Source of the DNA: Chlorobiota bacterium
Lineage (GTDB): Bacteria > Bacteroidota > Bacteroidia > Bacteroidales > VadinHA17
DNA length: 64,000 bases
NCBI GenBank assembly: GCA_013152085.1
Contig: JAADHC010000033.1
Coordinates: 9,031-73,030 of the forward strand
Direction of reading: 5' to 3'
In this document: positions 26,625 to 37,271 of the stretch, piece by piece
How the letters are laid out: each line of letters opens with the position of its first letter
How positions within the stretch are numbered: position 1 is the stretch's first letter
Made by a program: the position numbers and the translations under genes
Notes under the pieces: model-generated
Seen by the model: the letters and a program-made list of their open reading frames with translations, nothing else
The model's database searches: none
What the model was told of the DNA's origin: nothing

Positions 26625-27725
26625 TTAAAAGTATTTTATCGGATTGGTATTTATTTCGGAAAAATGAACTGCAAATTTAGGGAATTTTCCCGTTAATATT
26701 TTATAAAAAATTTCTTTTGTAAATTGTTCACTTTCATAGTGTCCGATATCTGCAATTACAATACGGCCGTCTGCATTAAAAAACTGGTGATATTTAAAAT
26801 CAGCACTGATAAAAATATCTGCCTTCAAACGAATGGCATCCGGTAATAGCATACTGCCTGATCCTCCGCAGACAGCTACTTTCCTGACGGGTTTGCCCAG
26901 AAGAGGTGTATGACGGATACATCCGGCAGCAAATGTTTTTTTCAAATCTTTCAAAAATGTTTCCTCATTAACGGGTTTTTCGAGATACCCGGTCAATCCC
27001 ATGCCAATTTTGGGGTAACTGTTTTCAAGCGGATAAATATCATAAGCTGCTTCTTCGTATGGATGTGCTTCCAGAAGGGCCTGAATAATTTGTTCCCTGT
27101 ATAAATCCGGGAAGATGGTTTCAATACGGATTTCTTCTTCAAAGTGTAACTTTCCGGGAGATCCCGTAAAGGGATGCGTCTGTTCTCCGCCACGGAATGA
27201 TCCCCGTCCGGAAACATTATAACTACACTGATCATAGGCTCCGATACTGCCTGCTCCGGCATTGAAAATGGCCATACGAACCACGTCGGCATGTGACTGG
27301 GGAACAAATGTGACGAGCTTTTTTAATGCTCCTGTTTTCGGAACCAGGATCGAAGTTTTTGTCAGGCCCAGCTTTTCGGCAATTTGGTGGTTTACCCCTC
27401 CGTAAATTGAATCAAAGTTAGTGTGTCCTGCATATAAAGCAATACCATTCCGGATGGCCAGTAATACTGTTCGCTCAACGTAGTTTCTACCGGTGATTTT
27501 TTTCAATCCCTGAAAGATCAGGGGATGGTGTGATACAATCAGGTTAGCTCCCTTTCCGATGGCTTCGTGTACTACTGCTTCGGTAGTATCTGTGCTGAGT
27601 AATATCCCGGAAACTTCCATTGCCGGGTCTCCGACAATTAATCCCGAATTATCATAATCTTCCTGATAAGCCGGAGGGGCAAAACGGTTAAGTTCGCCGA
27701 CGACGTCTGCAAGTTTGATTTTCAT
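26625..27725 (-). CDS. Nif3-like dinuclear metal centre protein (GTP cyclohydrolase 1 type 2 homolog)
   Basis: 366 aa with Nif3 blocks (DYDNSGLIVGD, LIVSHHPLIF, YAGHTNFD, VAVCGGSGS, HYESEQF). Confidence 0.9.
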   Translation of the reverse strand: MKIKLADVVGELNRFAPPAYQEDYDNSGLIVGDPAMEVSGILLSTDTTEAVVHEAIGKGANLIVSHHPLIFQGLKKITGRNYVERTVLLAIRNGIALYAGHTNFDSIYGGVNHQIAEKLGLTKTSILVPKTGALKKLVTFVPQSHADVVRMAIFNAGAGSIGAYDQCSYNVSGRGSFRGGEQTHPFTGSPGKLHFEEEIRIETIFPDLYREQIIQALLEAHPYEEAAYDIYPLENSYPKIGMGLTGYLEKPVNEETFLKDLKKTFAAGCIRHTPLLGKPVRKVAVCGGSGSMLLPDAIRLKADIFISADFKYHQFFNADGRIVIADIGHYESEQFTKEIFYKILTGKFPKFAVHFSEINTNPIKYF

Positions 27726-27754
27726 AACGATTCGGTAATGTTAAAACAATGAAA

Positions 27755-28093
27755 CTAAGGCATCTGATCCCTGATTTCCAGCAACATTTCACGGATTTCT
27801 TTCAAAATCTTAATAATCTCAAAATTATGCTCTGTATCTTCCCGGTTTTCCCGCAGCTTCTTCTTGGCACCTTTCAGTGTCATGCCCCGCTCTTTTACGA
27901 GATGGTATATAATGTGGAAATTTTCAATGTCCCCGGGTGTGAACAGCCGGTTCCCCTTCTTGTTTTTCTTGGGCCGGATAATATCAAATTCCTTTTCCCA
28001 ATATCGGATCAGGGAAGTGTTTACCTGGAACATTTTAGCTACTTCCCCAATGGAATAATAGAGTTTTTCTATTTTTTTCTCTTTGTATGGCAC
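27755..28093 (-). CDS. MerR family transcriptional regulator (small, HTH only)
   Basis: 112 aa with a MerR HTH (YYSIGEVAKMFQVNTSLIRYWEKEFD...NRLFTPGDI). Confidence 0.8.
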   Translation of the reverse strand: MPYKEKKIEKLYYSIGEVAKMFQVNTSLIRYWEKEFDIIRPKKNKKGNRLFTPGDIENFHIIYHLVKERGMTLKGAKKKLRENREDTEHNFEIIKILKEIREMLLEIRDQMP

Positions 28094-28145
28094 GAAACCC
28101 TGTTGAGATTTTAAGATTACTAATATATGAAAAATACTTTAAGTG

Positions 28146-29687
28146 TCAAGGGGATTTTAACTGTTTTCCAAAACAATAGAGATAACCGTCTCTGCTGGCA
28201 ATAAAAATTTTCTTTCCCCATACCACTGGTGTCGCTTCAAAAGGAGCATTGTATCTGCCCAACGGCTTAAGTGAATAGTCTTCACCGTTATGCATGATCC
28301 TGAACAATCGTATTCCGTTATATCCGGCAACAATCAGCTTGTTTCCGACAATCAGCGGGGTTGAAATGGAAGGCCCGATATATTTTTTTATTACCATCCT
28401 GGGAGCCGGGAAAAAAGTAGTGCTGTCAGGACCGATAACCCGTCTCTCCATATCCTTTTTTTCATGGGCAACAAGATACAGGTATCCGTCAAGGCCGGTA
28501 AAGGCGGCAAGGGCGGTTTCCGTTGAATCTATGTAGTGGTCATTGATTCCGCAGGAACCAATCACACCACCTTCCCAGCTGTCTATCTTGGAGGTATCGG
28601 TTGGGAAGAACCATATCACCGCTTCTTTTTCCGGTTTGCGGGGGTCAAGCTTGAATACCCCGCCCGGTCCCCGAATATATTGCTTTTCAATCGATACCAA
28701 TATACAACTATCACGGGTAATTACCGGTGAACCGTCAATATCAGAACCAATATAAAAGTTCCAGTCAATTTTCCTGCTTTTCAGGTTGTACCGAAATACG
28801 TGTCCTGAGCCTGAGGTTATGAAAATCATATTACCCAACCGGGAAGGAGAAGATTCCGTTACAACATTGTATTTGTGATCCTTTACATCCTTTCGGGTAT
28901 ATAATTTGGTTTCCTGAATGATTTCGGGTTGCAGCATGCTGTCTTTTACTTCGGCAGCTTCCGGATCGGGGTTGATTACCGTAAAAAGTGAATTTTCCAG
29001 ACCGATATACAATGTATCGTCGATAATCAACGGGGATCCGTCAACATCCCTGCTGTAACTTTGTGTCCATTTGCTGTCCAGTCGCCAGAGTTCCTTCTCT
29101 TGTGTTAGCGAGATTGCCCTGAAACTGGGAATATGCGGAGAATCAAGATAGTTTCCAACCCCCAGCCGGCTGCCCTGAAAGACAATAAGCGCTTCACTAC
29201 TGTCTTTTTTTTGTATCCAAAGTGTTCCGGTGCCTTTTACGACATCATCAAAAGAATATTCCCATACGACCCGGTGTGTCTGCGTATCAATCTTTTTCAG
29301 ATGATGATCATAAGCCCCCTGTACCAGAAAAAGCGTCGTGTCTTTGTGGTATAGCAGGGGTTGCCCGGTCCAGCCGGCGCCAGCCCATATCCTTGAACCG
29401 GCTTTTCTGGAAATTACTGTTTCCCCTTTGCCAAGCCATAGTCTCCAGAGAAGGTCCAGTGTGTCGGGAGCTTCATCTCCATAATAGTTGCGCTGTTCGT
29501 TACCAAGAAAAGTGCCAACCAGTATCGTTGGTCCTCGTGTGGTATCATTTTGTGTTTTTTCTTGCCCATGGCTGGAAATAGCCGGGGAAAAAGCACTAAT
29601 AAAAATGGTAAGGATTCCAATGCGGAAAATCCTGGAAAAAGTTTCTGTTTCAGATACCGGGATGTTAAATAAACTTTGCGATCTCAT
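28146..29687 (-). CDS. PQQ-like / BamB-like beta-propeller repeat protein
   Basis: 513 aa with a hydrophobic N-terminal signal. It has repeated W/G-rich blades (VVWEYSF, ELWRLDS, IDWNFYIG, LIVAGYNGIRLF, KIFIASRDGYLYCF). Confidence 0.65.
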   Translation of the reverse strand: MRSQSLFNIPVSETETFSRIFRIGILTIFISAFSPAISSHGQEKTQNDTTRGPTILVGTFLGNEQRNYYGDEAPDTLDLLWRLWLGKGETVISRKAGSRIWAGAGWTGQPLLYHKDTTLFLVQGAYDHHLKKIDTQTHRVVWEYSFDDVVKGTGTLWIQKKDSSEALIVFQGSRLGVGNYLDSPHIPSFRAISLTQEKELWRLDSKWTQSYSRDVDGSPLIIDDTLYIGLENSLFTVINPDPEAAEVKDSMLQPEIIQETKLYTRKDVKDHKYNVVTESSPSRLGNMIFITSGSGHVFRYNLKSRKIDWNFYIGSDIDGSPVITRDSCILVSIEKQYIRGPGGVFKLDPRKPEKEAVIWFFPTDTSKIDSWEGGVIGSCGINDHYIDSTETALAAFTGLDGYLYLVAHEKKDMERRVIGPDSTTFFPAPRMVIKKYIGPSISTPLIVGNKLIVAGYNGIRLFRIMHNGEDYSLKPLGRYNAPFEATPVVWGKKIFIASRDGYLYCFGKQLKSP

Positions 29688-29752
29688 CGGAATAAAAAAC
29701 CGTTCAGGTTAATGAACGGTTCAAAAGTATAAAAATAATCTTTCGGTATGGA

Positions 29753-30736
29753 TTAATCAAATGACTGCCCTGCGTTTTGGGATAAGATCACCATTTTTTC
29801 ATACTCATCGGCGGTAAGGTCATTGAAATAATAGTTTATCGGGTTGATATATTTTCCATTATACAGTACACCATAGTGGAGATGTGGTGCTGTGGACAAA
29901 CCCGTGCTGCCGACAAAACCAATGACATCTCCACGGTGAACGTGTTGCCCTTTCTTTACATTGAAAGCATTTAAGTGAGCATATTGTGTAACATACCCAA
30001 AGCCATGGTCAATAAGTATCTGGTTTCCATATCCACGGCGACTTCTCCGGATTGTTTTGACAACCCCGTCACCCGTTGCATACACCGGCGTTCCCCGGGG
30101 TGCGGTAAAGTCCATGCCATAATGAAACTTCCGGATTTTGTAAATAGGGTGTATCCTCCATCCCCAACCCGATGCTGTACGCCGTAAATCCTTATTCGAA
30201 ATGGGTTGAATAGCAGGAATACTGGCCAGCATTTTTTCTTTATTGGTTGCCAGCTTAATCAGCTCATCATAAGATTTGCTCTGAATATAAATTTCCCGGG
30301 TGAGCTGATCCAGTTTGCGCGCTGTCTGGATGACAATATCCGAATTATCGTATCCTTCAAGTTCGGTATAGCGGTTTACCCCGCCAAAACCGGCTTTCCG
30401 AATGGATTTCGATATGGGTTCAGCTTCAAAAATCGTCCGGTAAAGATTATCATCCCGTTGTTCAAGATCTTCAAGTACCGTAGATACCTTATCCAGTTGC
30501 TTGTTCATCAGTTCATACTGTGACCGCAACTCCGATACCTCCCGCTTAAGCTTCCGCTCCTCGGGAGAATCAAAAAAGAAGGTAAACATAAGCATATAGA
30601 TGGCACCAAGAATAATACTGGCACTAAAATAGCTGAGAAACCGGACAATCTTCTTTTTTAAAGATAGTTCAATCCTGTCATATTGTAAAGTGTCCGGATT
30701 GAATCGATATCTAGCTTTAGGCATAGATTTTTTCAA
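29753..30736 (-). CDS. M23 family metallopeptidase with N-terminal TM segment and coiled coil
   Basis: 327 aa. LytM-type motifs are present: HYGMDF (HxxxD), GDGVV, and GSTGLSTAPHLHYGV (HxH). Confidence 0.9.
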   Translation of the reverse strand: MKKSMPKARYRFNPDTLQYDRIELSLKKKIVRFLSYFSASIILGAIYMLMFTFFFDSPEERKLKREVSELRSQYELMNKQLDKVSTVLEDLEQRDDNLYRTIFEAEPISKSIRKAGFGGVNRYTELEGYDNSDIVIQTARKLDQLTREIYIQSKSYDELIKLATNKEKMLASIPAIQPISNKDLRRTASGWGWRIHPIYKIRKFHYGMDFTAPRGTPVYATGDGVVKTIRRSRRGYGNQILIDHGFGYVTQYAHLNAFNVKKGQHVHRGDVIGFVGSTGLSTAPHLHYGVLYNGKYINPINYYFNDLTADEYEKMVILSQNAGQSFD

Positions 30737-30846
30737 ATTTATGGCGCAAAACTAATGCAAATAAACTAATTTTACAAGCTTTTTACTTTAAACCGTTAAC
30801 CAAATTGTGATATTAGTATGCATATCGCCTGATAAACCAGTATTTT

Positions 30847-33468
30847 ATGACAAGTGAGCAGGTTCGACAGCAGTTTCTGGATTTTTTCCGTTCCAGAGGC
30901 CATCATATTGTTCCTTCTGCCCCGATGGTAGTGAAAAACGATCCAACCCTGATGTTTACAAATGCAGGGATGAATCCTTTTAAGGATATCTTTCTCGGGA
31001 ACCGTAAATCTGAATACCCACGGGTTGCCAATACCCAGAAATGCCTGCGTGTATCCGGAAAACACAACGACCTGGAAGAAGTGGGCCGTGATACATACCA
31101 TCATACTATGTTTGAAATGATGGGAAACTGGTCGTTCGGAGATTATTTTAAACAGGAAGCCATTTCCTGGGCATGGGAGTTCCTCACCGGGAAAATGAAT
31201 ATCGATCCAGAAAGGTTGTATGCTACTGTATTCGAGGGTAGTACTGAAGAAAATCTGGAACCTGATATTGAATCGCGTGAAATCTGGAAAAAAATCCTGC
31301 CCGCCGAAAGGATTTTAAAAGGTTCGAAAAAGGATAATTTCTGGGAAATGGGTGATAACGGTCCCTGTGGCCCTTGCTCTGAAATCCATATTGACCTCAG
31401 GGATGATGATGACAGAAAAAAAGTCCCGGGAGAATTACTGATAAACAAAAATCATCCCCTGGTAATCGAAATATGGAACCTCGTTTTTATCCAGTTTAAC
31501 AGGAAAAACAATGGCATTTTGCTTCCCTTACCACAAAAACACGTGGATACAGGTATGGGTTTTGAACGCCTTTGTATGGTGTCGCAGAATAAAACATCAA
31601 ACTACGATACCGATCTGTTCGGCCCCATTATCAATGAAATCGAAGCCATCAGTCAGCTTGTTTACGGGAATGATAAAAATACAGATGTGGCCATGCGTGT
31701 GGTTGCCGACCATCTTCGTGCCGTAGCTTTTGCCATTGCCGACGGACAACTCCCTTCAAATACAGGCGCTGGTTATGTTATCCGCAGGATATTAAGAAGG
31801 GCCGTACGTTATGGTTATACTTACCTGAATCAGAAAGTTCCTTTTATTTATAAGCTTTTGCCCGTTTTGGTAAAGGTTATGGGAGAGGCCTTCAGCGAAC
31901 TGAAAGCCCAGGAGAAACTGATCTCCGGTGTGATCTATAATGAAGAGCAAACCTTTTTACGTACACTTGAAACCGGAATACGGTATCTCGAAGGGGTAAT
32001 TGCAGAAAACCAGGGAAGGAAGATCGCCATTATAGAAGGTAAAACGGCCTTTTTACTGTATGACACATATGGATTTCCCGTTGACCTTACAGACCTGATC
32101 GCAAGAGAAAAGGGGTTGAGTGTGGATATGTCAGGCTTCAGGCAGGAGATGGAAAAACAGAAAACCCGTTCTAAAAAGGCTGTCAGACAGGAATCGGCAG
32201 AGTGGATTGTCCTGCAGGAGAAGAATGGAGGTAAATTTGTCGGTTATGATCAGCTGGAAGAAGATGTGCAGATTACACGGTATCGAAAAGTAAGGGAAAA
32301 GAATAAACAGTTTTTTCATTTGGTGTTTGATAAAACACCGTTTTATGCCGAATCAGGCGGACAGGTAGGTGATAGCGGATGGATTAATGACGGGAAGGGA
32401 AAGATCCCCGTTCTCGATACCCGCAGGGAAAATGATCTGATCATCCACATTACCGAAAAACTTCCCGGACAACCGGGAAATGTCTTTCATGCAACAGTAG
32501 ACATTGAAAGACGAACAACAACGGCCTGTAATCATTCCGCTACACATCTTTTACACTTCGCGCTTAGGGAAATCCTGGGAACTCATGTCGAACAGAAAGG
32601 TTCACTGGTTCACCCGGAATATCTCCGGTTTGATTTTTCTCATTTTCAAAAATTAACAAATAAGGAAAAAGAAAAAGTGAGCGAAAGGGTAAACGGATTG
32701 ATAAGAATGAACCTCTCTTTGGAGGAATTGAAAGATATTCAACTGGATCAGGCAAAATCGATGGGAGCCATGTCCCTCTTCGGCGAAAAATACGGTGAAA
32801 AAGTCAGGGTGATCCGGTTTGGTGATTCTGTTGAGCTTTGCGGAGGCACTCATGTGCGCCAAACCGGGCAGATCGGCTGTTTTGTGATTACCTCGGAAAG
32901 CTCTATTGCTGCGGGTATCCGCCGTATTGAAGCGGTAACCGGCAAAATGGCCGAAAAATATGTCCATGAGAAAATTGAAACGATTGAAAAAACCGGTTCA
33001 TTACTTAAAACATCTGCCGGTATTGTTGATCAGGTACAAATGCTGATTGACGAGAACTACCGCTTGAAAAAGCAGCTTGAAAAATTTTCTTCAGAACAAT
33101 TATCCTCCCTGGTTCTCCAAATTAAAGCGAAAGTGCAGGATAAAAAGTTTGTAAAGGTTGCCGGTGAAATTGTGAATGTAAACAATGCGAAGCAATTAAA
33201 GGATATCGCTTTCCGGTTGAAAAATCAGATTCCCGGCCTGTTTCTTGTCCTGGGAGCGGTTATCGATGGGAAACCCCTGCTTGCTGTGATAATCGATGAT
33301 AAACTGGTGCGGCAGCATGGTTTTGATGCACGGAAAATTATTAAGGAAGTGGCCCCGGTAATCCAGGGCGGTGGAGGCGGTCAGCCTTTTTATGCTACAG
33401 CAGGCGGTAAAAATCCGGACGGTTTGCCTGAAGCTGTGCAAAAAGCGCTGCAGTTTGTAAAAAAATAA
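30847..33468 (+). CDS. alaS: Alanine--tRNA ligase
   Basis: 873 aa with canonical AlaRS blocks (FTNAGMNPFKDIFLG, QKCLRVSGKHNDLEEVG, HHTMFEMMGNWSFGDYFK, GPCGPCSEIH). It has the editing-domain HxxxH (CNHSATHLLH) and a C-terminal DHHA1 region with GGGGGQP. Confidence 0.97.
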   Translation: MTSEQVRQQFLDFFRSRGHHIVPSAPMVVKNDPTLMFTNAGMNPFKDIFLGNRKSEYPRVANTQKCLRVSGKHNDLEEVGRDTYHHTMFEMMGNWSFGDYFKQEAISWAWEFLTGKMNIDPERLYATVFEGSTEENLEPDIESREIWKKILPAERILKGSKKDNFWEMGDNGPCGPCSEIHIDLRDDDDRKKVPGELLINKNHPLVIEIWNLVFIQFNRKNNGILLPLPQKHVDTGMGFERLCMVSQNKTSNYDTDLFGPIINEIEAISQLVYGNDKNTDVAMRVVADHLRAVAFAIADGQLPSNTGAGYVIRRILRRAVRYGYTYLNQKVPFIYKLLPVLVKVMGEAFSELKAQEKLISGVIYNEEQTFLRTLETGIRYLEGVIAENQGRKIAIIEGKTAFLLYDTYGFPVDLTDLIAREKGLSVDMSGFRQEMEKQKTRSKKAVRQESAEWIVLQEKNGGKFVGYDQLEEDVQITRYRKVREKNKQFFHLVFDKTPFYAESGGQVGDSGWINDGKGKIPVLDTRRENDLIIHITEKLPGQPGNVFHATVDIERRTTTACNHSATHLLHFALREILGTHVEQKGSLVHPEYLRFDFSHFQKLTNKEKEKVSERVNGLIRMNLSLEELKDIQLDQAKSMGAMSLFGEKYGEKVRVIRFGDSVELCGGTHVRQTGQIGCFVITSESSIAAGIRRIEAVTGKMAEKYVHEKIETIEKTGSLLKTSAGIVDQVQMLIDENYRLKKQLEKFSSEQLSSLVLQIKAKVQDKKFVKVAGEIVNVNNAKQLKDIAFRLKNQIPGLFLVLGAVIDGKPLLAVIIDDKLVRQHGFDARKIIKEVAPVIQGGGGGQPFYATAGGKNPDGLPEAVQKALQFVKK

Positions 33469-33500
33469 AACCTGCCAGAAAACCAGAGGTAACCGTTCCG

Positions 33501-34382
33501 TTAATATGTTTTTGTCATATTTTCGGGAACCACAATGATATAATCGGCTTTTTCCAGTACCGTACTGTCCGGTTTGCTCAGGATTTCCTGATCGGTTACC
33601 GTAATATTCCTGATAACCAGTGCACTGTCCATCTGTCTGAGATACCAGATAATACCTTCGTGCCTGTCGGAATGATAGCTGCCGTTAAAATGAAGGAAAT
33701 GTTTCCCTGCCTGCCAGTTTTGATAAATGAAGTAAGCCATGGTGGCATCCTTGACGGCCTGTGCTTTTGGAAAGTTGACACTCATATGTTGCGTTCCCGT
33801 ATCCCCCATCATATCCAGCATATCTTTGTAACACCTTACTTCCGGATCATAGGGAACAGGCAACGGATGAATGAAGGCCTTTGCTGCGTCACTGAGCGAA
33901 TCCAGTATTTCAAACCCTTTTTTTGATACCAGCGAAGCATACCTCCTCGGGATATTATCCGCGATAAAAACCAGTCCGCTGTCATGGGCAAAGGTCACCA
34001 AAGGTTTGTAATCGGTCTTATAGTTCTTCCACAGCCGTGCTTCTGCTTCGAATTTATCTGCCGGAATCAATCCTCCCAGATATTCATTCATGATGAGTTG
34101 GTTATCTGCTTCAAACATCTCAGCCCCCATAACCAGATTCTTTCCCACCTGCTGATATAGTGACCGTGTAACTTCATATTCCAGCCAGTGTGCAATGGGA
34201 TTATTGTGGCTCTCTCCGAAAAAGATCATGTCGGCACCTGAAAGGTCATTAATCATCTTCGCATATTTTACCTGTTTCCCTTTGGATGAAAAAAGGAGAT
34301 AGGCCGGTTTGTCCTGCTTAAAAGATACAAGAAGAAACAGAGATATAATAAACAAAGGTATTGGCGCAGCTGTTTTTATCAT
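33501..34382 (-). CDS. ChaN-like (haem-binding uptake / Tiki superfamily, DUF399) periplasmic protein
   Basis: 293 aa with a signal peptide. The family-typical block IFFGESHNNPIAHWLEYEV and a later RRYASLVSKKG are present. Confidence 0.6.
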   Translation of the reverse strand: MIKTAAPIPLFIISLFLLVSFKQDKPAYLLFSSKGKQVKYAKMINDLSGADMIFFGESHNNPIAHWLEYEVTRSLYQQVGKNLVMGAEMFEADNQLIMNEYLGGLIPADKFEAEARLWKNYKTDYKPLVTFAHDSGLVFIADNIPRRYASLVSKKGFEILDSLSDAAKAFIHPLPVPYDPEVRCYKDMLDMMGDTGTQHMSVNFPKAQAVKDATMAYFIYQNWQAGKHFLHFNGSYHSDRHEGIIWYLRQMDSALVIRNITVTDQEILSKPDSTVLEKADYIIVVPENMTKTY

Positions 34383-34479
34383 AATTAATTTGATTTATCC
34401 GGTTTAATGTTTTATGATTCCTTTCACCGGTAAAATAACAGAAAATTTTTGTATTTTGAGGACGACGCAGGCACCTGCA

Positions 34480-36255
34480 ATGAAGATTTCGCGATTGTTT
34501 GATATCCCGGATCACTTACAAGCCGATTTTCCACATAAGGATATTCTGGCCTGGAAGAATTTTGGCCGCTGGAAACGATATGATACCGATACATATTACA
34601 GGTATGTAAAAAGTATTGGCCGGGCTGCACTCAAAAAAGGATTCCGAAAGGGAGATACTTTTGCAACCTTGATCCGCAACAATCGCCCGGAATGGAATTT
34701 TGTTGATATGGGGCTGATGCAAATTGGCATGATTCATGTCCCTTTGCATCCGGGGATTTCAACCGGGAATCTTCGATATATCCTGTCAAAAACGGAAGTA
34801 AAAATTTTATTCGTTCATGACCGTAAAACGCTTGAACAATACAAAGAAGTTATTCACGATATCCCTTCTTTAAAAATTATATATTCTTTCAGCCGGGTCA
34901 GGAGGATCAGTCATTGGCGTGTTTTGGTATCGGAGTCCCGTAAACCGGAAAAACAATTTGCCGGGATGCTCGATATTGTCCGGAAAAGTATAAAGCCTGA
35001 GGACCCTGCAACCATTGTTTTTACTTCCGGGACAACCGGGAATCCCAAAGGAGTGGTACTCAGCCATGCCAACCTGGTTAGTAATATCCTTGCATCCTCA
35101 GGCCTTCAGCCCCTGGATCACCGGCATCGCGTCCTGAGTTTTCTACCGCTGTCTCATATCTACGAAAGGACATCAAATTATGTTTTCCAGTTGAAAGGAA
35201 CCACAATCTATTATGCTGAAAGTTATCTGCATGTGAGGGACAACTTGCAGGAAATCCGGCCTCATGGAATTACCGTGGTTCCCAGATTTCTGGAAAAAAT
35301 TGAAGATGCTGTGATCGCAAGGGGACAAAAACTGAAAGGAATTCAGGGTAGAATTTATTTCCGGGCCATACAACTTCACCTCTACTACAGGTCCAACCAC
35401 CGGAACAATGTGTTCTTTCGGTTGAAACAATTCATTTTCGGGGTGCTGGTTTACCGGAAAATCAGAAAAATGCTTGGAGGGAATATCTGTTTTATCGGAT
35501 GTGGAGGTGCCCCGCTTTCGTTGCTTACAGAAAAATTTTTCTGGACGATAGGTCTGCCTGTTTTTCAGGGTTACGGTCTGACGGAAACATCCCCGCTTAT
35601 TGCACTGAACCATTTACCCAAAGAAAATGTACGTCTGGGAACTGTCGGTCCTGCGATTCCGGGTGTCCGTATAAAACTGGCTCAGGATGGTGAAATCCTG
35701 GCAAAAGGTCCCGGCATTATGAAACACTACTACAGGGATGAAGCGTTTACCCGCAACACCTTTGATCATGAAGGCTGGTTTCGTACCGGAGACCTGGGTA
35801 GGTTCATTGATGAACGGTTTCTGAAAATTACCGGTAGGAAAAAGGAACTTTTTAAAACTTCCTATGGAAAATATATTGTTCCCCAGGTCATTGAAGGAAA
35901 GTTTCGCAGATCTCCTTTTATCTCAAATTCCCTGGTATTTGGTGAGGGACAAAAGTTTCCCGGAATTATTATCCAACCCGATTTTACCTATATCCGGAAT
36001 TGGCTTCGTGAACAGGGCAGGTATGCTGTCTCAGAAAGAGCAAAAATTATTCTGTTGCCCGAAGTCCGGAAACAAATCGAAAAAGAGGTGGAAAGAATAA
36101 ACCGGACATTGGATGAACATGAACGAATCCGGAAACTTCATCTAATTCCCGACCTGTGGACAATAGCTTCCGGAGACCTTTCAGCCAGTTACAAGCTGAA
36201 ACGCCATCATCTGATTAACAGATACAGAAAACTGATTGAAAAGACATACCTATAG
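34480..36255 (+). CDS. Long-chain fatty acid--CoA ligase (AMP-dependent synthetase), paralog 1
   Basis: AMP-binding signature (FTSGTTGNPKGVVLSH) and later blocks (GYGLTETSP, TGDLGRF, KLKR). The start at 34480 (MKISRLFDIPDH) is preferred over the ORF-track extension at 34414. Confidence 0.88.
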   Translation: MKISRLFDIPDHLQADFPHKDILAWKNFGRWKRYDTDTYYRYVKSIGRAALKKGFRKGDTFATLIRNNRPEWNFVDMGLMQIGMIHVPLHPGISTGNLRYILSKTEVKILFVHDRKTLEQYKEVIHDIPSLKIIYSFSRVRRISHWRVLVSESRKPEKQFAGMLDIVRKSIKPEDPATIVFTSGTTGNPKGVVLSHANLVSNILASSGLQPLDHRHRVLSFLPLSHIYERTSNYVFQLKGTTIYYAESYLHVRDNLQEIRPHGITVVPRFLEKIEDAVIARGQKLKGIQGRIYFRAIQLHLYYRSNHRNNVFFRLKQFIFGVLVYRKIRKMLGGNICFIGCGGAPLSLLTEKFFWTIGLPVFQGYGLTETSPLIALNHLPKENVRLGTVGPAIPGVRIKLAQDGEILAKGPGIMKHYYRDEAFTRNTFDHEGWFRTGDLGRFIDERFLKITGRKKELFKTSYGKYIVPQVIEGKFRRSPFISNSLVFGEGQKFPGIIIQPDFTYIRNWLREQGRYAVSERAKIILLPEVRKQIEKEVERINRTLDEHERIRKLHLIPDLWTIASGDLSASYKLKRHHLINRYRKLIEKTYL

Positions 36256-36436
36256 TACTGTGTTTATAGAGAACAGATAGAATTTTTGGCCTGCTGAATT
36301 ATTGTGTGAACCGGTAAAATAAGTCAGTTGCTATGGTTTTTAAGTTTGACAAGGAAAAAATAAGGATTACTCTTCCGGAGTGATCCGGATTTAAAAATAT
36401 GGGTTTAAACCCCAGAACGAGCCTGAAAGTTTAAAT

Positions 36437-37090
36437 TTAACGGAGTGATTTTACGGACACTTCTTTAAAATAGACGATAGATTTATCATCATGGTTTTGT
36501 AGACCGATAAATCCCTCGTAAGGCCGGGGACCACGATCAGGTTCAAACCAGCGCTTTTCTTTAGGAACCGGTTGTCCTTCAGCATAATGGGTAACTTTCT
36601 TGCCATTCACAATAACGATGGTTACCGGCCCGTCTAAAGTGATTTCCATCGTGTTCCATTCCCCGGGCTTCTTTTGGGGGTATGCCAAAGCTTTCGTTAG
36701 TGAATAAAGAACGCCGGTAACATGATAGTCATCCTGTCGATGACGGAATCCATTATCAATCTGGACTTCGTAACCGGTATTAACCGCTTGCCAGGGATCT
36801 TTAGGCTCTGAAGGTATCCGGATAAAAACACCCGAATTCGCGTTATTATCAGTAACTGTGTAAACAATTTTTATTACACAATTCCCAAATTTCCGACCCG
36901 TATACCAAAGTAAACCCATACCTCCTTCTGTTTTTAACAGCCCATCCTCCACAATAAATTTTCCCGGACCAATGTGTTCCCATCCTTTAAGGTCTTTTCC
37001 GTTAAAGAGTTGTTCTCCGTCGGTTTGCTGTGCCTGACAGGTAATGGTTAATGAGGAATATAATAATAGAAGAAAGATGTATCTAAACAT
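36437..37090 (-). CDS. DUF1080 / 3-keto-disaccharide hydrolase family protein
   Basis: 217 aa with a signal peptide. Family-typical blocks are present (LFNGKDLKGWEHIGPGKFIVEDGLL, NSGVFIR, GYEVQIDN, IGLQNHDD...YFKEV). Confidence 0.8.
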   Translation of the reverse strand: MFRYIFLLLLYSSLTITCQAQQTDGEQLFNGKDLKGWEHIGPGKFIVEDGLLKTEGGMGLLWYTGRKFGNCVIKIVYTVTDNNANSGVFIRIPSEPKDPWQAVNTGYEVQIDNGFRHRQDDYHVTGVLYSLTKALAYPQKKPGEWNTMEITLDGPVTIVIVNGKKVTHYAEGQPVPKEKRWFEPDRGPRPYEGFIGLQNHDDKSIVYFKEVSVKSLR

Positions 37091-37271
37091 AAGCTGCCGA
37101 TGAATGGTTGGTTATGCATCATCAAAGTTAATTAAGTTCCAATAAGTTACAAAATGTTTTTTTCAAAATATTAATTTATGAGGGATCTTTATTATCTTCT
37201 TAATTATTCCGATCTTGCTGAATCTGATTTTTAAAAGATTATTATCTTTGAGTGAACAAATCACGAACCCT

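Noticed and set aside
25856-26680. Two long plus-strand ORFs (140 and 129 aa), rich in Ser/Phe/Leu.
   Set aside because: They are shadow ORFs antisense to the Glu/Lys-rich coiled-coil gene (GAA/AAG codons read as TTC/CTT). They have no independent signal.
36401-36413. Perfect 12-bp palindrome GGGTTTAAACCC in the convergent gap after the first acyl-CoA ligase. There is also a 9-nt direct repeat cggagtgat at about 36376 and 36441.
   Set aside because: The palindrome leaves no room for a loop beyond a 4-bp stem and has no flanking T-tract. The direct repeat is short. Both are compatible with chance.
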